From the NCBI GenBank assembly GCA_030695905.1, contig JAUYOL010000015.1:8518-72517 (forward strand): a stretch of 64,000 nt of DNA. Reading direction: 5' to 3'. Shown here in pieces: positions 45,555 to 55,125 of the stretch. Source of the DNA: Candidatus Omnitrophota bacterium (GTDB taxonomy: Bacteria > Omnitrophota > Gorgyraeia > 2-01-FULL-45-10). Made by a program: the position numbers and the translations under genes. Position 1 is the first letter of the stretch, and each line of letters begins with the position of its first letter. The notes beneath the pieces were generated by a model that searched no databases, was not told where the DNA came from, and saw nothing but the letters and a program-made list of their open reading frames with translations.

Positions 45555-47056
45555 TATCAATGTTGAGGTCAACAGTATTTCTTGTCGGTGCAGGCCCGGG
45601 TGACGAAAAGTTGATAACTGTCAGGGGTCGAGAACTGGTAGGCCGGGCCGATTGTATTATTTATGATAACTTGGTTAATGCTCAAATTTTAAAGAACGCG
45701 AAATTTGGCTGTAAGATTATATATGTTGGCAAGAAAGCGAGCGCGCACACATTATCGCAAGATAATATAAATAAACTTCTGGTAAAAGAGGCAAGGCGGT
45801 ATTGCAATGTAGTTCGCCTTAAAGGCGGAGACCCGTTTATATTCGGAAGGGGTGCCGAAGAGGCGGTATATTTAAGGAAGAAAGGAATAGATTTCCAAAT
45901 TGTTCCGGGAGTCACCAGCGCAATAGCGGTTCCTGCCTATGCAGGCATCCCCCTTACAGAAAGAAGCATGACCTCGACGGTAGGTTTTATCACAGGACAC
46001 GAAGACCCCACTAAGCCGGACTCGGGGGTAGACTGGAACGCATTGACAAAAGCGCTGGGTACGATGGTATTCTTGATGGGCGCGGGCAACCTTGGACTGA
46101 TAGTAAAAAGGTTGATCGCAAGCGGTAAGCCTGTAGATACTCCGGTCGCCGTGATAAGGTGGGGTACTACGGCAAAACAGAAGACGGTGGCCGGTGTTTT
46201 AAGCAACATAGTCAGCCTGTCGCGAAAAAATAAAATATCACCGCCAGCCATAATAGTCGTCGGCAAGACTGTGGAGTTGAGAAAGGAATTGAATTGGTTC
46301 GAGAAGAGGCCTCTTTTTGCAAAAAGGGTGATCGTCACCCGTACGCGAGAGCAGGTCAGCGAACTTTCGTGTAAACTCCGGGATCTGGGGGCTGAAGTTA
46401 TCGAGATACCTACAATCAAGACCGTATCGCTTAAATCCGATACGTTGTTAAGAAAAGCTTTTTCATCTGGGAAATACGACTGGGTATTCTTCACAAGTCA
46501 GAACGGCGTATATGAATTCGACGGATTTTTAAATAGATCCGGCAAAGACTGCCGAATGCTGTGCGAGGCGAAGATATGTGCCATAGGTTCCCAGACTGCG
46601 AAGGCATTACGCGGTATCGGCATAAGGCCCGATTACACACCACCGGAATTTACCGCGGAATCTATAGTGGAACATTTTAAAAAGATGCGTTGTCCGGGCC
46701 GAGCCCTTATTCTGCATGCTAAAAAAGCGCGCGAGGTGCTGCCGGAGGGCCTTAAAAGATCAGGATTTAAGGTAATGGCAATAGATTTGTACGATACGGT
46801 TGTGGCAAAGGAAAGTTCCATCGCCCTGAATCAGGCGTTGGCCGAATATGTAGATATCATCACATTTACCAGTTCGTCAACGGTTGAGAATTTTATTAAA
46901 CTTGCCGGGAAAGATTACAAGCGTAAACTTTCCGGAGTAAAACTTGTTTCAATAGGGCCTGTCACATCAGACACGTTAAAAAAGTTCGGTTTAAAACCAG
47001 GCGCGCAGGCCAAGGTCCATACCATAGACGGGCTTGTAAAGGTATTAGTGGAGTAA
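45551..47056 (+). CDS. cobA: Fused uroporphyrinogen-III C-methyltransferase/synthase (CobA-HemD)
   Basis: VGAGPGD, RLKGGDPFIFGRG, then VTRT, FTSQNGV, FTSSSTV, IGPVT. Confidence 0.93.
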   Translation: MISMLRSTVFLVGAGPGDEKLITVRGRELVGRADCIIYDNLVNAQILKNAKFGCKIIYVGKKASAHTLSQDNINKLLVKEARRYCNVVRLKGGDPFIFGRGAEEAVYLRKKGIDFQIVPGVTSAIAVPAYAGIPLTERSMTSTVGFITGHEDPTKPDSGVDWNALTKALGTMVFLMGAGNLGLIVKRLIASGKPVDTPVAVIRWGTTAKQKTVAGVLSNIVSLSRKNKISPPAIIVVGKTVELRKELNWFEKRPLFAKRVIVTRTREQVSELSCKLRDLGAEVIEIPTIKTVSLKSDTLLRKAFSSGKYDWVFFTSQNGVYEFDGFLNRSGKDCRMLCEAKICAIGSQTAKALRGIGIRPDYTPPEFTAESIVEHFKKMRCPGRALILHAKKAREVLPEGLKRSGFKVMAIDLYDTVVAKESSIALNQALAEYVDIITFTSSSTVENFIKLAGKDYKRKLSGVKLVSIGPVTSDTLKKFGLKPGAQAKVHTIDGLVKVLVE

Positions 47057-47064
47057 AAACTAAA

Positions 47065-48231
47065 ATGATAAATTGTACGAGATTGCTTTCTGGTAAAAAA
47101 GGTTTTTATGACGAGATCCGTTATGCTAAGGGTAAGCCCGCGGACACTAACCGGCCGATAGTGGTATGGAATACCACCAAAAGCTGTAATTTACAGTGTG
47201 TCCATTGTTATTTTGATGCTCACGCAAAGAAAGACAAAGGCGAACTTACGACTGAACAAGCAAGGACCATGATCGACGATATTGCGGCCTTCGGCGCGCC
47301 CGTATTCTTATTCTCCGGCGGGGAACCTTTTATGCGCGAGGACCTGTTTGACCTCGGCAAGTATGCGTTATCCAAAGGATTGCGCACGGTAATATCCACT
47401 AATGGTACTCTGATCACCAAAGATACCGCTAAAAGAATAAAGGATGCAGGATTTTCATATGTGGGCATCAGTCTGGACGGACTGGAGGCTGTGAATGACA
47501 AGTTCCGTAAAGCGCCGGGAGCTTTTAAGAAAACATTAGAAGGGATAAGGAACTGTCACTCATGCGGGGTGCGCGCGGGATTAAGGTTTACTATTAATAA
47601 GCATAGCTTCCGTGATATGGCCGGCATATTCGACCTGATCGAAAATGAAGGCATCAAACGAGCCTGTTTTTATCATCTGGTATATTCAGGCAGGGGAAGT
47701 GCAATGATAAAAGAAGACCTGACTAAGGAAGGGTCACGGGATGCCCTGGACCTTATCTTTGACAGGACTATAGACTTAAGCCGTAAAAGCGAAGATACGG
47801 AAATCCTTACTGTGGATAATCACGCGGACGGTGTCTATCTGTATCTGCGCCTGAAGAAAGAAGGCAAAAAGCGCGCGGACGAGACACTTGAGCTTCTAAA
47901 AATCAACGGAGGCAATAAATCAGGCATCGGTATCGCGGACATCGACAATCTTGGCTTTGTCCACCCAGATCAGTTTTGGAGGCATTATTCTCTGGGCAAT
48001 GTAAGAGAAAGGAATTTCAGTGATATATGGTCCGATGAAAGTGATGCCTTACTGCATAATTTAAGGAATAGGCTTCATCTATTAAAGGGAAAGTGCGGCC
48101 GCTGTCACTTCCAGGATATCTGTGCCGGAAATTTTAGAGTAAGGGCAGAGGCGTTTTATGGCGATGTGTGGCAGGAGGATCCGGCCTGTTATTTGAGCGA
48201 AGAAGAGATATTGAGTGTAAGAGAGGATTAG
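47065..48231 (+). CDS. ahbC: Radical SAM Fe-coproporphyrin III synthase (AhbC/NirJ1)
   Basis: PIVVWNTTKSCNLQCVHCY, TVDNHADG, VHPDQFW, SPASM cysteines. Confidence 0.85.
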   Translation: MINCTRLLSGKKGFYDEIRYAKGKPADTNRPIVVWNTTKSCNLQCVHCYFDAHAKKDKGELTTEQARTMIDDIAAFGAPVFLFSGGEPFMREDLFDLGKYALSKGLRTVISTNGTLITKDTAKRIKDAGFSYVGISLDGLEAVNDKFRKAPGAFKKTLEGIRNCHSCGVRAGLRFTINKHSFRDMAGIFDLIENEGIKRACFYHLVYSGRGSAMIKEDLTKEGSRDALDLIFDRTIDLSRKSEDTEILTVDNHADGVYLYLRLKKEGKKRADETLELLKINGGNKSGIGIADIDNLGFVHPDQFWRHYSLGNVRERNFSDIWSDESDALLHNLRNRLHLLKGKCGRCHFQDICAGNFRVRAEAFYGDVWQEDPACYLSEEEILSVRED

Positions 48232-48237
48232 CTTAGG

Positions 48238-49305
48238 ATGGCCCAAAAGCGACCGAAGGAAACTCCCAAGAGGAGACAGAAAGTAGATCTAAGGTTAGTT
48301 GCGTGGGAATTGACACGCAGCTGCAACTTAGCCTGCAGTCATTGCCGGGCGTCAAGTAAGCATGGGCCGTATCCGGATGAATTGACCACCGAAGAATGTT
48401 TTAAGGTCATCGACGATATTGTTTCATTCAGTAAGCCCATTATCATTCTCACGGGCGGTGAGCCGTTATTAAGAAAAGATATTTTCGAGATCGCCGGATA
48501 CGGGAAAAAGAAGGGGCTTACCATGGTGATGGCGCCTAACGGCACGCTCTTAACCGAAGAGAATGTCAAAAAAATAATTAGCTCGGGTGTAAAAAGGATC
48601 TCGGTCAGCCTGGACGGCCCTGATGCCGGCTCTCATGATAATTTGAGGCAGGTTCCCGGTGCCTTCAATACTGCCTGTGACGGAATAGCAAGAGCAAAAA
48701 TAGCCGGTCTTGAATTTCAGATAAATACTACCGTCACCAAAAGAAATATAAAGCTGCTTCCCCGGATAATCAAATTGGCCAAAGACCTTGGAGCGAAGGC
48801 GCACCACATCTTTCTTCTTGTGCCAACGGGTCGGGCAAAAGAGATGGCCGAAGAAGAGTTGTCGGCATCGGAATATGAGGAAACGCTTAAATTGTTAGCG
48901 AGGGAGAAGAAGGGTTCTTCTTTGGAGATAAAGATAACCTGCGCTCCACACTTCAACCGCGTTTTGCTGCAGGAACACGCGGCCGCCGCGCCCAGCCTGT
49001 CCGGCAGGGGGTGCATGGGAGGGGTAAGTTTTTGTTTTATCTCGCATGTAGGCGACGCGCAGCCGTGCGGTTATCTTGAAATCAAATGCGGCAATATACG
49101 CAAACAAGCCTTTAAAGACATATGGCTTGAGTCCGAAGTATTTAATAATATCAGAGATTTCGGACAATATAAAGGTAAGTGCGGCGTCTGTGAATTTAAA
49201 GCCGTCTGCGGAGGATGCCGCGCCCGCGCTTATGCAAAATACAGTGATTATTTAAGAGAGGAACCTTATTGCACATATGAGCCAAAGTTTCCTGTCAAAA
49301 AATAG
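48238..49305 (+). CDS. ahbD: Radical SAM haem b synthase (AhbD/NirJ2)
   Basis: AWELTRSCNLACSHCRA, FLLVPTGRA, TCAPH, GCMGG, CGGCRARA. Confidence 0.85.
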   Translation: MAQKRPKETPKRRQKVDLRLVAWELTRSCNLACSHCRASSKHGPYPDELTTEECFKVIDDIVSFSKPIIILTGGEPLLRKDIFEIAGYGKKKGLTMVMAPNGTLLTEENVKKIISSGVKRISVSLDGPDAGSHDNLRQVPGAFNTACDGIARAKIAGLEFQINTTVTKRNIKLLPRIIKLAKDLGAKAHHIFLLVPTGRAKEMAEEELSASEYEETLKLLAREKKGSSLEIKITCAPHFNRVLLQEHAAAAPSLSGRGCMGGVSFCFISHVGDAQPCGYLEIKCGNIRKQAFKDIWLESEVFNNIRDFGQYKGKCGVCEFKAVCGGCRARAYAKYSDYLREEPYCTYEPKFPVKK

Positions 49306-49753
49306 ATTAAGCTTGCTGGACAGGCGCATCCTGAACCGACTTCAGGAAGATATTCCGTTTGTAGAAAAGCCTTGGGCATTGATAGCGCAAGAGCTCGGGA
49401 TCAAGGAAGATCATCTTCTGGGGAGGGTCATTTTTTTTAAAGAGAAGGGCATAATCCGCAGGATAAGCGCGGTCTTCTCTCCGCGCAAAATTAATTTTAC
49501 CTCTACCCTGGCAGCGGTAAAAGTTACTCCGGGCAATATCGGGAAGATAGCAAAGAAGATAAATTCCTACCATGAGGTTACCCATAATTACAGACGAACC
49601 GGTGAATACGATCTTTGGTTTACACTGGTGGCTAAGGATAAGAAGAGGATCACACACATCCTGCGCCGGCTTAAGATGGATAAAAATATCGAAACAATAT
49701 CAGAGTTTCCAATGGTAAAATTATTTAAAATAGATGTAAAGTTCTACACCTGA
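49277..49753 (+). CDS. ahbA: Sirohaem decarboxylase subunit alpha (Lrp/AsnC-like)
   Basis: LQEDIP..P, GIIRRI, EVTHNYRR...LWFT. Confidence 0.85.
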   Translation: MSQSFLSKNRLSLLDRRILNRLQEDIPFVEKPWALIAQELGIKEDHLLGRVIFFKEKGIIRRISAVFSPRKINFTSTLAAVKVTPGNIGKIAKKINSYHEVTHNYRRTGEYDLWFTLVAKDKKRITHILRRLKMDKNIETISEFPMVKLFKIDVKFYT

Positions 49754-49764
49754 AAGTATATCCG

Positions 49765-50232
49765 ATGCCCTCGAAACTCGACAAAGTAATAATAGGTTTA
49801 ATTTCACGGGACATGCCTTTAACAAAAAAGCCATTTAGGGATTTGGCCGCCTCACTTGGTATTGATGAGGGTCTTTTGCTCGAAAGGATACGATCGTTTA
49901 AAAAAAACGGGCTCATGCGCAAGTTCGCAGCGATCCTTAACCACAAAAAAATAGGTTTTCGGTATAATGCGATGGTGGTCTGGAATGTCCCGCAAAAATT
50001 TGTTGATAAGGCGGGCAGGGCAATGGCTTCATTTGACGAAGTAAGCCATTGTTATCAGAGGGAAAAAAGAAATGGCTGGAATTATAATTTGTATTCCATG
50101 ATACATGGCAGGACCAAGGAAGAAGTTTTCAGCGCAGTTAAAAAAATATCTGTCAGATTAGGGGGAAATTTTGAGCATAAAGCCTTGTTTTCATTTAAAG
50201 AAGAAAAGAAGACGGGAGCCAAATATTTATAA
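49765..50232 (+). CDS. ahbB: Sirohaem decarboxylase subunit beta (Lrp/AsnC-like)
   Basis: NAMVVW, VSHCYQR, WNYNLYSMIHG, EEKKT. Confidence 0.85.
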   Translation: MPSKLDKVIIGLISRDMPLTKKPFRDLAASLGIDEGLLLERIRSFKKNGLMRKFAAILNHKKIGFRYNAMVVWNVPQKFVDKAGRAMASFDEVSHCYQREKRNGWNYNLYSMIHGRTKEEVFSAVKKISVRLGGNFEHKALFSFKEEKKTGAKYL

Positions 50233-50239
50233 ATATTGC

Positions 50240-50267
50240 TTGACGTTTTTTAGAAATATGCTACAAT
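50240..50267 (+). promoter_or_regulatory. Sigma70 promoter of the porin-cytochrome/hemL unit
   Basis: TTGACG-16 bp-TACAAT with TG extension. Confidence 0.6.
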
Positions 50268-50283
50268 TCTTTACAAAATAATT

Positions 50284-51072
50284 ATGAAAAATTGGAATAG
50301 ATATATATTTATCTTTTGCACAGCCGTGGTATTTGGAACAGCCGCCGTAAGTTATTGCGCCGCCCGATCAGAAGGTGATGCTGTCGAGCAGCCAGGCAAG
50401 ATTGCCGGCGCGACATATGTGGGCATGGAAACATGCGCCATGTGTCATGAAAAGATAGCGAAAAATTTTAAGAGATCCGACCATGCGCGTATAGTCGTCG
50501 CTTCCAAAGCTAAGGAAGGGCAAGCGTGCGAGACTTGTCATGGGCCGGGCAGCCTGCATGCCGATGCCCAGACAAAGGCCGAGAAGCACGCCACCATAAT
50601 TAATCCTAAGAAAACCCCCGAAACTTGTTATCAGTGTCATATGGATAAAAAAGCCTCTTTCAACCTGCAATATCACCATCCTGTGCCCGAAGGTAAAATG
50701 AGCTGTGCTGATTGCCACGATCCGCACGGAGAAGATGCCATCAGGCCGAACACAAATCGGTCTCTTTCACCCAAGAATGCCGTATGCGCCAAGTGTCATA
50801 AGGACCAGACGATGGTTTTTGCTTACGAACATGATGCGTTGAGAGAAGGCTGTACGACATGCCATGATGTGCATGGCTCGATAAATGATAAGATGCTTGT
50901 AGAAAGAGATGCTACCCTCTGCCTAAAGTGCCATTTCCAGGCGAATTTTCCTTCAACAGGTAATATTGGCAATCGAGGGCATGCGACTTCTGTAAATCGC
51001 GGTCCGTGCTGGAGTGGCGGTTGCCATACGGCAGTGCACGGTTCAAATTATAATGACCATCTCAGAATATAG
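50284..51072 (+). CDS. MtrA/DmsE-like periplasmic multihaem cytochrome c (7 CXXCH + 1 CX4CH)
   Basis: YVG..TCAMCH, CETCHGPGSLH, HHPVPEGKMSCADCHDPHG, CTTCHDVHGS, C-terminal CWSGGCH..VHGSN. Confidence 0.85.
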   Translation: MKNWNRYIFIFCTAVVFGTAAVSYCAARSEGDAVEQPGKIAGATYVGMETCAMCHEKIAKNFKRSDHARIVVASKAKEGQACETCHGPGSLHADAQTKAEKHATIINPKKTPETCYQCHMDKKASFNLQYHHPVPEGKMSCADCHDPHGEDAIRPNTNRSLSPKNAVCAKCHKDQTMVFAYEHDALREGCTTCHDVHGSINDKMLVERDATLCLKCHFQANFPSTGNIGNRGHATSVNRGPCWSGGCHTAVHGSNYNDHLRI

Positions 51073-51077
51073 TTAAT

Positions 51078-53144
51078 ATGAAGAAGAAAATAATATCGAT
51101 AGTCTGTATAAATTTTACCTTACCTGTATTACTATGCTCTTCATTGGTTTATGCGGGCGTATCAGAAGCGGGCGGTAATGGCGTAATCTACCCTTCGGTA
51201 TTATCGGTAGTTTCAGTCGGGGACAATGAAAAATTCCAGGAAGATCATTGGATGACGAACAATGTTCAGGGGGGCGTGTCCGATTACAACTATATCAACG
51301 AAGATCAACACGGCGGTTCTATTGTCGCCGACGGAAGGGTGGTCGCGGGCAATAACGACTATCTCTTTAATTTTGACTTAAAAAAAGAGGGGATAGGCAG
51401 CCTTATCTTCGATTTCAAACAGTTCAGGAAATATTATGACGGCACCGGAGGGTTTTTCTCTAACTTTGCGCCCACAGCTGCGTCTCGCTCAACTTATCTC
51501 GAGGCAGACAGAGCGCTTTTTCTGGATATAGGCAATTTTAAGATCGAAGGCACTCTTTCAAAAGAAGAGAACGCAAAATGTATCTTTTTATACGAGCGGG
51601 AGTATAGGCAGGGCACAAAGTCTTTGACAAGCTGGGGCAGTGTGGTCGAAGGCGGGACAACTCGAAATATATTGCCTACTTTCCTCGAAACCGATGAGAT
51701 CGTGGATAAATTTGAGATGAAGATCGAGCATACCACACCAAGCGGTATAGAGGTATCTGCGGAACAAGGGTATGAGAAGGTAAGGGTTGCCAACCAGAAG
51801 GTCAATAACCGGACCTATAATCTGGGTACCGGAGTATTTTCAAGCATCAGGTATAAATACGAAAATCTGAACGCCGATATTTATACAACGATATTGCGCA
51901 TATCTAAGGAGTTGAATGAAAGGGTCTTTTTGTCTATCGCCTTCCTGGAGGACTATAATGTCGGCAAGACAGAAGAAGTTATAACCGATACCTTGGCCCC
52001 CGGACTCGCCTCCACTGCCGAGAACCATCCTTTAAACCCGCAAAAGGTGCGTCAAAATCAGGTTAGCGTCCTTCCTAAGGCGACTATTTTACTATTAGAA
52101 AATTTGACGATGGATGTGGGGCTGAAGTGGGAGTGGATAAAGACGAAGGCTGTTGGAACTTATAATAAGAACAGGGCAACCGCCACCGTAACAGATGAGT
52201 TTGTGGATCTTGAGGTTAAAAAGGATGATAACCATATTGGGGAAACCTTTGGTCTTAAGTACGATGGGATGAGAGACGTAATATTTTACGCGGATGGTGA
52301 ACTCGAACAGCAGCTACGAAACGAAGATGAATCGCAGAGATCCTTCGGTCCTCAACCGGTTGGCACTGATAATTTTTCAAGAGACCAGAATATCCTTAGC
52401 CTTGATTACGATGTCACGTCAGGTTTTAAATGGTACCCTATATCGAAGGTCAATGTTACAGCGGAGTTTAAATATAAACATGGCACGCGGGACTACACAT
52501 TTCTTAGCACCACAAAGGCGGGCGACGTTGTAGGCGGCTACAGGGGTTTTCTTGACGAAATTGAGTACACCTCATACAAGCCTCTCGTTATGTTTAACTG
52601 TAAGCCTTTTAGATGGCTCGCCTGCAATTTTCGTTATGCTTTAGATACAACGGTCTACGGAGTACGGACACCGGCTGCCGAGGCTACCGAAAAAGCTCAA
52701 TACCTGGCGCATATCTATTCCGCGGGAGCCACGCTTACGCCGAAAGATTGCCTTTACATGACATTGTTTTACCAGTACAAACAGGCGTCAACCGAGACAC
52801 AGGCAAATGGTAACGGCGGTTCGGTGGAAAGAATGCCTACATATAACGCGAGTTTCAGGACGTTGAGCGCCTCATGCGGATATTCACCGGTTAAGGATAT
52901 TACACTAAAAGGCGACTACTCGTTCTCCAATGCCGATAACTTTAATGACTTCGTGAATATAGGGTTGCCGCTCGGGCTGGATAACTTTTCACAGGACGCC
53001 TCTATCGGAATTGAAAAAAAGCTCCGCGGCGACTGCTCCGTAGAATTCAAGTATGACTTCACGCAATATCACGAAACCTCTAACGGCGGTATCGATGATT
53101 ACGAAGCGCATCTTTTTTATACCGGATTAAAGATGAAATTTTAG
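51078..53144 (+). CDS. MtrB/PioB-like large outer-membrane beta-barrel
   Basis: Signal peptide, 688 aa, amphipathic beta-strands rich in Tyr/Phe, C-terminal Phe; directly after the MtrA-like gene. Confidence 0.75.
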   Translation: MKKKIISIVCINFTLPVLLCSSLVYAGVSEAGGNGVIYPSVLSVVSVGDNEKFQEDHWMTNNVQGGVSDYNYINEDQHGGSIVADGRVVAGNNDYLFNFDLKKEGIGSLIFDFKQFRKYYDGTGGFFSNFAPTAASRSTYLEADRALFLDIGNFKIEGTLSKEENAKCIFLYEREYRQGTKSLTSWGSVVEGGTTRNILPTFLETDEIVDKFEMKIEHTTPSGIEVSAEQGYEKVRVANQKVNNRTYNLGTGVFSSIRYKYENLNADIYTTILRISKELNERVFLSIAFLEDYNVGKTEEVITDTLAPGLASTAENHPLNPQKVRQNQVSVLPKATILLLENLTMDVGLKWEWIKTKAVGTYNKNRATATVTDEFVDLEVKKDDNHIGETFGLKYDGMRDVIFYADGELEQQLRNEDESQRSFGPQPVGTDNFSRDQNILSLDYDVTSGFKWYPISKVNVTAEFKYKHGTRDYTFLSTTKAGDVVGGYRGFLDEIEYTSYKPLVMFNCKPFRWLACNFRYALDTTVYGVRTPAAEATEKAQYLAHIYSAGATLTPKDCLYMTLFYQYKQASTETQANGNGGSVERMPTYNASFRTLSASCGYSPVKDITLKGDYSFSNADNFNDFVNIGLPLGLDNFSQDASIGIEKKLRGDCSVEFKYDFTQYHETSNGGIDDYEAHLFYTGLKMKF

Positions 53145-54454
53145 TGAAATCCCGCAATAATGGAAAAAAAAAGTTCAAAAATTCCGCAAACCTTTTTAAA
53201 CTAGCCAAGAAGTTTATTCCAGGAGGAGTAAATAGTCCCGTACGCGCTTTTAAGGCCGTTGGTACAACGCCTCTCTTCATTTCCAGGGGCAAGGGCGCGT
53301 ATGTCTATGATGTGGATGGTAATAAATTCATCGATTATGTCATGTCATGGGGTCCTCTTGTTTTAGGCCATGCCGATGAGAGAGTGGTCGGGCCGGTAGC
53401 CAAGGCTTTAAAGCGAGGCACCAGTTTTGGCGCTCCGACCAAACAAGAAATAGAGTTAGCGCGGTTAGTGACCGACATCTACCCCTCTATTAAAAAAGTC
53501 CGGCTCACTTCTTCCGGGACCGAGGCTGCGATGAGCGCTATCAGGCTTGCTCGCGGATACACCGGCCGTGAGAAGATATTAAAATTCGAAGGCTGTTATC
53601 ACGGCCACTCAGATAGCCTTTTAGTTAAAGCGGGTAGTGGCTTGGCCACTTTTGGGGTTCCTTCCTCTGCAGGCGTGAACAAAAATGTCGCCAGGGACAC
53701 GATTACAATCCCATTCAATAGTATAGAAAAATTCGAAAAAGCTGTCGCGAAGGAAAAAGATAATATCGCCTGCGTTATTGTTGAGCCTATACCGGCAAAT
53801 ATGGGCGTTGTGTTGCCCGGGCCGGGATTTCTTAAAAAGTTAAGACAGGTAACGAAAGAAAGCGGTATCGTCCTGATCTTCGATGAAGTAATAACGGGTT
53901 TCCGCGTGGCCCTGGGTGGGGCGCAGGAGTTTTTAGGGGTATCTCCGGATCTAACCATACTGGGTAAGATTTTGGGAGGCGGCTTTCCCATAGGCGCTTT
54001 TGGCGGTAAGCCCGAGATAATGGATCTTCTATCTCCCGATGGTCCGGTATATCAGGCCGGCACTCTGTCAGGGAATCCCGTGGCTGTCGAGGCAGGTCTT
54101 GCCACCATACGTATTTTAATGAGCAATAAGGTGTATGATAAACTGCGGAATTTGGGGGATGCGCTTGAGTCGGGCTTTCGGCGGATCATCGCACGGCAGG
54201 CGCAGGGTGTAACATTGCAGAGATGTGGTTCTTTGTTCACTCTTTTCTTTACAGAAAAAAAGGAGATATTAAATTATCAGGATGCGTTGGCGTGCGATAC
54301 AGATGCATTCGCGTTATTTTTTCGCGGGATGCTTGAGCGGGGTATATATCTTGCCCCTTCGCAATTCGAGGCAAATTTTATTTCCGCTGCGCACACCCTG
54401 CGCGAGATAGAGAAGACTTTAAAAGCGGCAGAAGCCGCGTTTTTAAAAGAATAA
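53144..54454 (+). CDS. hemL: Glutamate-1-semialdehyde 2,1-aminomutase
   Basis: PGGVNSPVRAF, SGTEA, GCYHGH, FDEVITGFR, GKILGGG, YQAGTLSGNP. Confidence 0.96.
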   Translation: MKSRNNGKKKFKNSANLFKLAKKFIPGGVNSPVRAFKAVGTTPLFISRGKGAYVYDVDGNKFIDYVMSWGPLVLGHADERVVGPVAKALKRGTSFGAPTKQEIELARLVTDIYPSIKKVRLTSSGTEAAMSAIRLARGYTGREKILKFEGCYHGHSDSLLVKAGSGLATFGVPSSAGVNKNVARDTITIPFNSIEKFEKAVAKEKDNIACVIVEPIPANMGVVLPGPGFLKKLRQVTKESGIVLIFDEVITGFRVALGGAQEFLGVSPDLTILGKILGGGFPIGAFGGKPEIMDLLSPDGPVYQAGTLSGNPVAVEAGLATIRILMSNKVYDKLRNLGDALESGFRRIIARQAQGVTLQRCGSLFTLFFTEKKEILNYQDALACDTDAFALFFRGMLERGIYLAPSQFEANFISAAHTLREIEKTLKAAEAAFLKE

Positions 54455-54456
54455 AA

Positions 54457-54484
54457 TAGACGGTGTCATTTATCATGGTATAAT
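54457..54484 (+). promoter_or_regulatory. Sigma70 promoter of the cytochrome/bc operon
   Basis: TAGACG-16 bp-TATAAT with TG extension. Confidence 0.6.
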
Positions 54485-54495
54485 ATTCAAAATAT

Positions 54496-54543
54496 CAGGC
54501 CGGGGCTGTGCAAGTAGATATCGACTATACCAGCCCCGGCCTG
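54496..54543 (+). repeat. GC-rich hairpin in the probable 5' UTR
   Basis: CAGGCCGGGGCTG (54496-54508) / CAGCCCCGGCCTG (54531-54543) perfect 13 bp; no U tract follows. Confidence 0.85.
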
Positions 54544-54577
54544 TACAAATAGAGAAATAGACAAAGGGGAGGAGAAA

Positions 54578-55114
54578 GTGCGTAAATTGTTTTTTTGGAT
54601 AGTAGTGATGTCGGTTTTTTGTGCGATTGGTTATGTCTGGGCAGAAGGGCCTCATAAATATGTGGGAGTGAAGAAGTGTGCGATGTGTCACAAATCCGAA
54701 TCAAAGGGGAACCAGTATGGCCAATGGCTTGCTTCTGCGCACGCCAAGGCCTATGAAAGGCTCGCAAGCCCCGAGGCGCTGGAATCGGCTAAGAAGAAAG
54801 GTATCGCGGGTAACCCGCAGGAAGCCCCCCAATGTGTAAAATGCCACGTTACCGGTTATGGCGAAGACACCAGCCTGTTTGCCGAAAGTTTTGTAAAGAC
54901 GGATGGTGTCCAGTGCGAGACTTGCCATGGAGCGGGAAGCGACTACTTGAGCTTAAGCGTGATGAAGGACAGGGCAAAGGCCATAGCGGCAGGCCTTATT
55001 ATTCCGACTAAGGAGCTATGTGTCAAATGTCATAACCCGGAGAGCCCGAATTATAAAGAATTTAATTACGACGAATATGTTAAAAGGATAGCTCATCCGA
55101 GGCCGAAAGAATAA
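54578..55114 (+). CDS. Tetrahaem cytochrome c554-like periplasmic cytochrome
   Basis: Signal peptide; YVGVKKCAMCH, W..S.HAKA, CVKCHVTG, GVQCETCHG, CVKCH. Confidence 0.85.
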   Translation: MRKLFFWIVVMSVFCAIGYVWAEGPHKYVGVKKCAMCHKSESKGNQYGQWLASAHAKAYERLASPEALESAKKKGIAGNPQEAPQCVKCHVTGYGEDTSLFAESFVKTDGVQCETCHGAGSDYLSLSVMKDRAKAIAAGLIIPTKELCVKCHNPESPNYKEFNYDEYVKRIAHPRPKE

Positions 55115-55125
55115 AGAATAAAAAT

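Noticed and set aside
50284-53144. Selenocysteine or other recoding in the porin-cytochrome pair
   Set aside because: Both ORFs are uninterrupted and end in TAG at the expected family ends
53164-53172. A9 homopolymer near the hemL 5' end as a phase-variation tract
   Set aside because: A/T runs are common throughout this Lys-rich sequence and the frame is intact
54578-55114. Ammonia or hydroxylamine oxidation inferred from the c554-like cytochrome
   Set aside because: No hao or amo genes are present, and c554-like domains are widespread electron carriers
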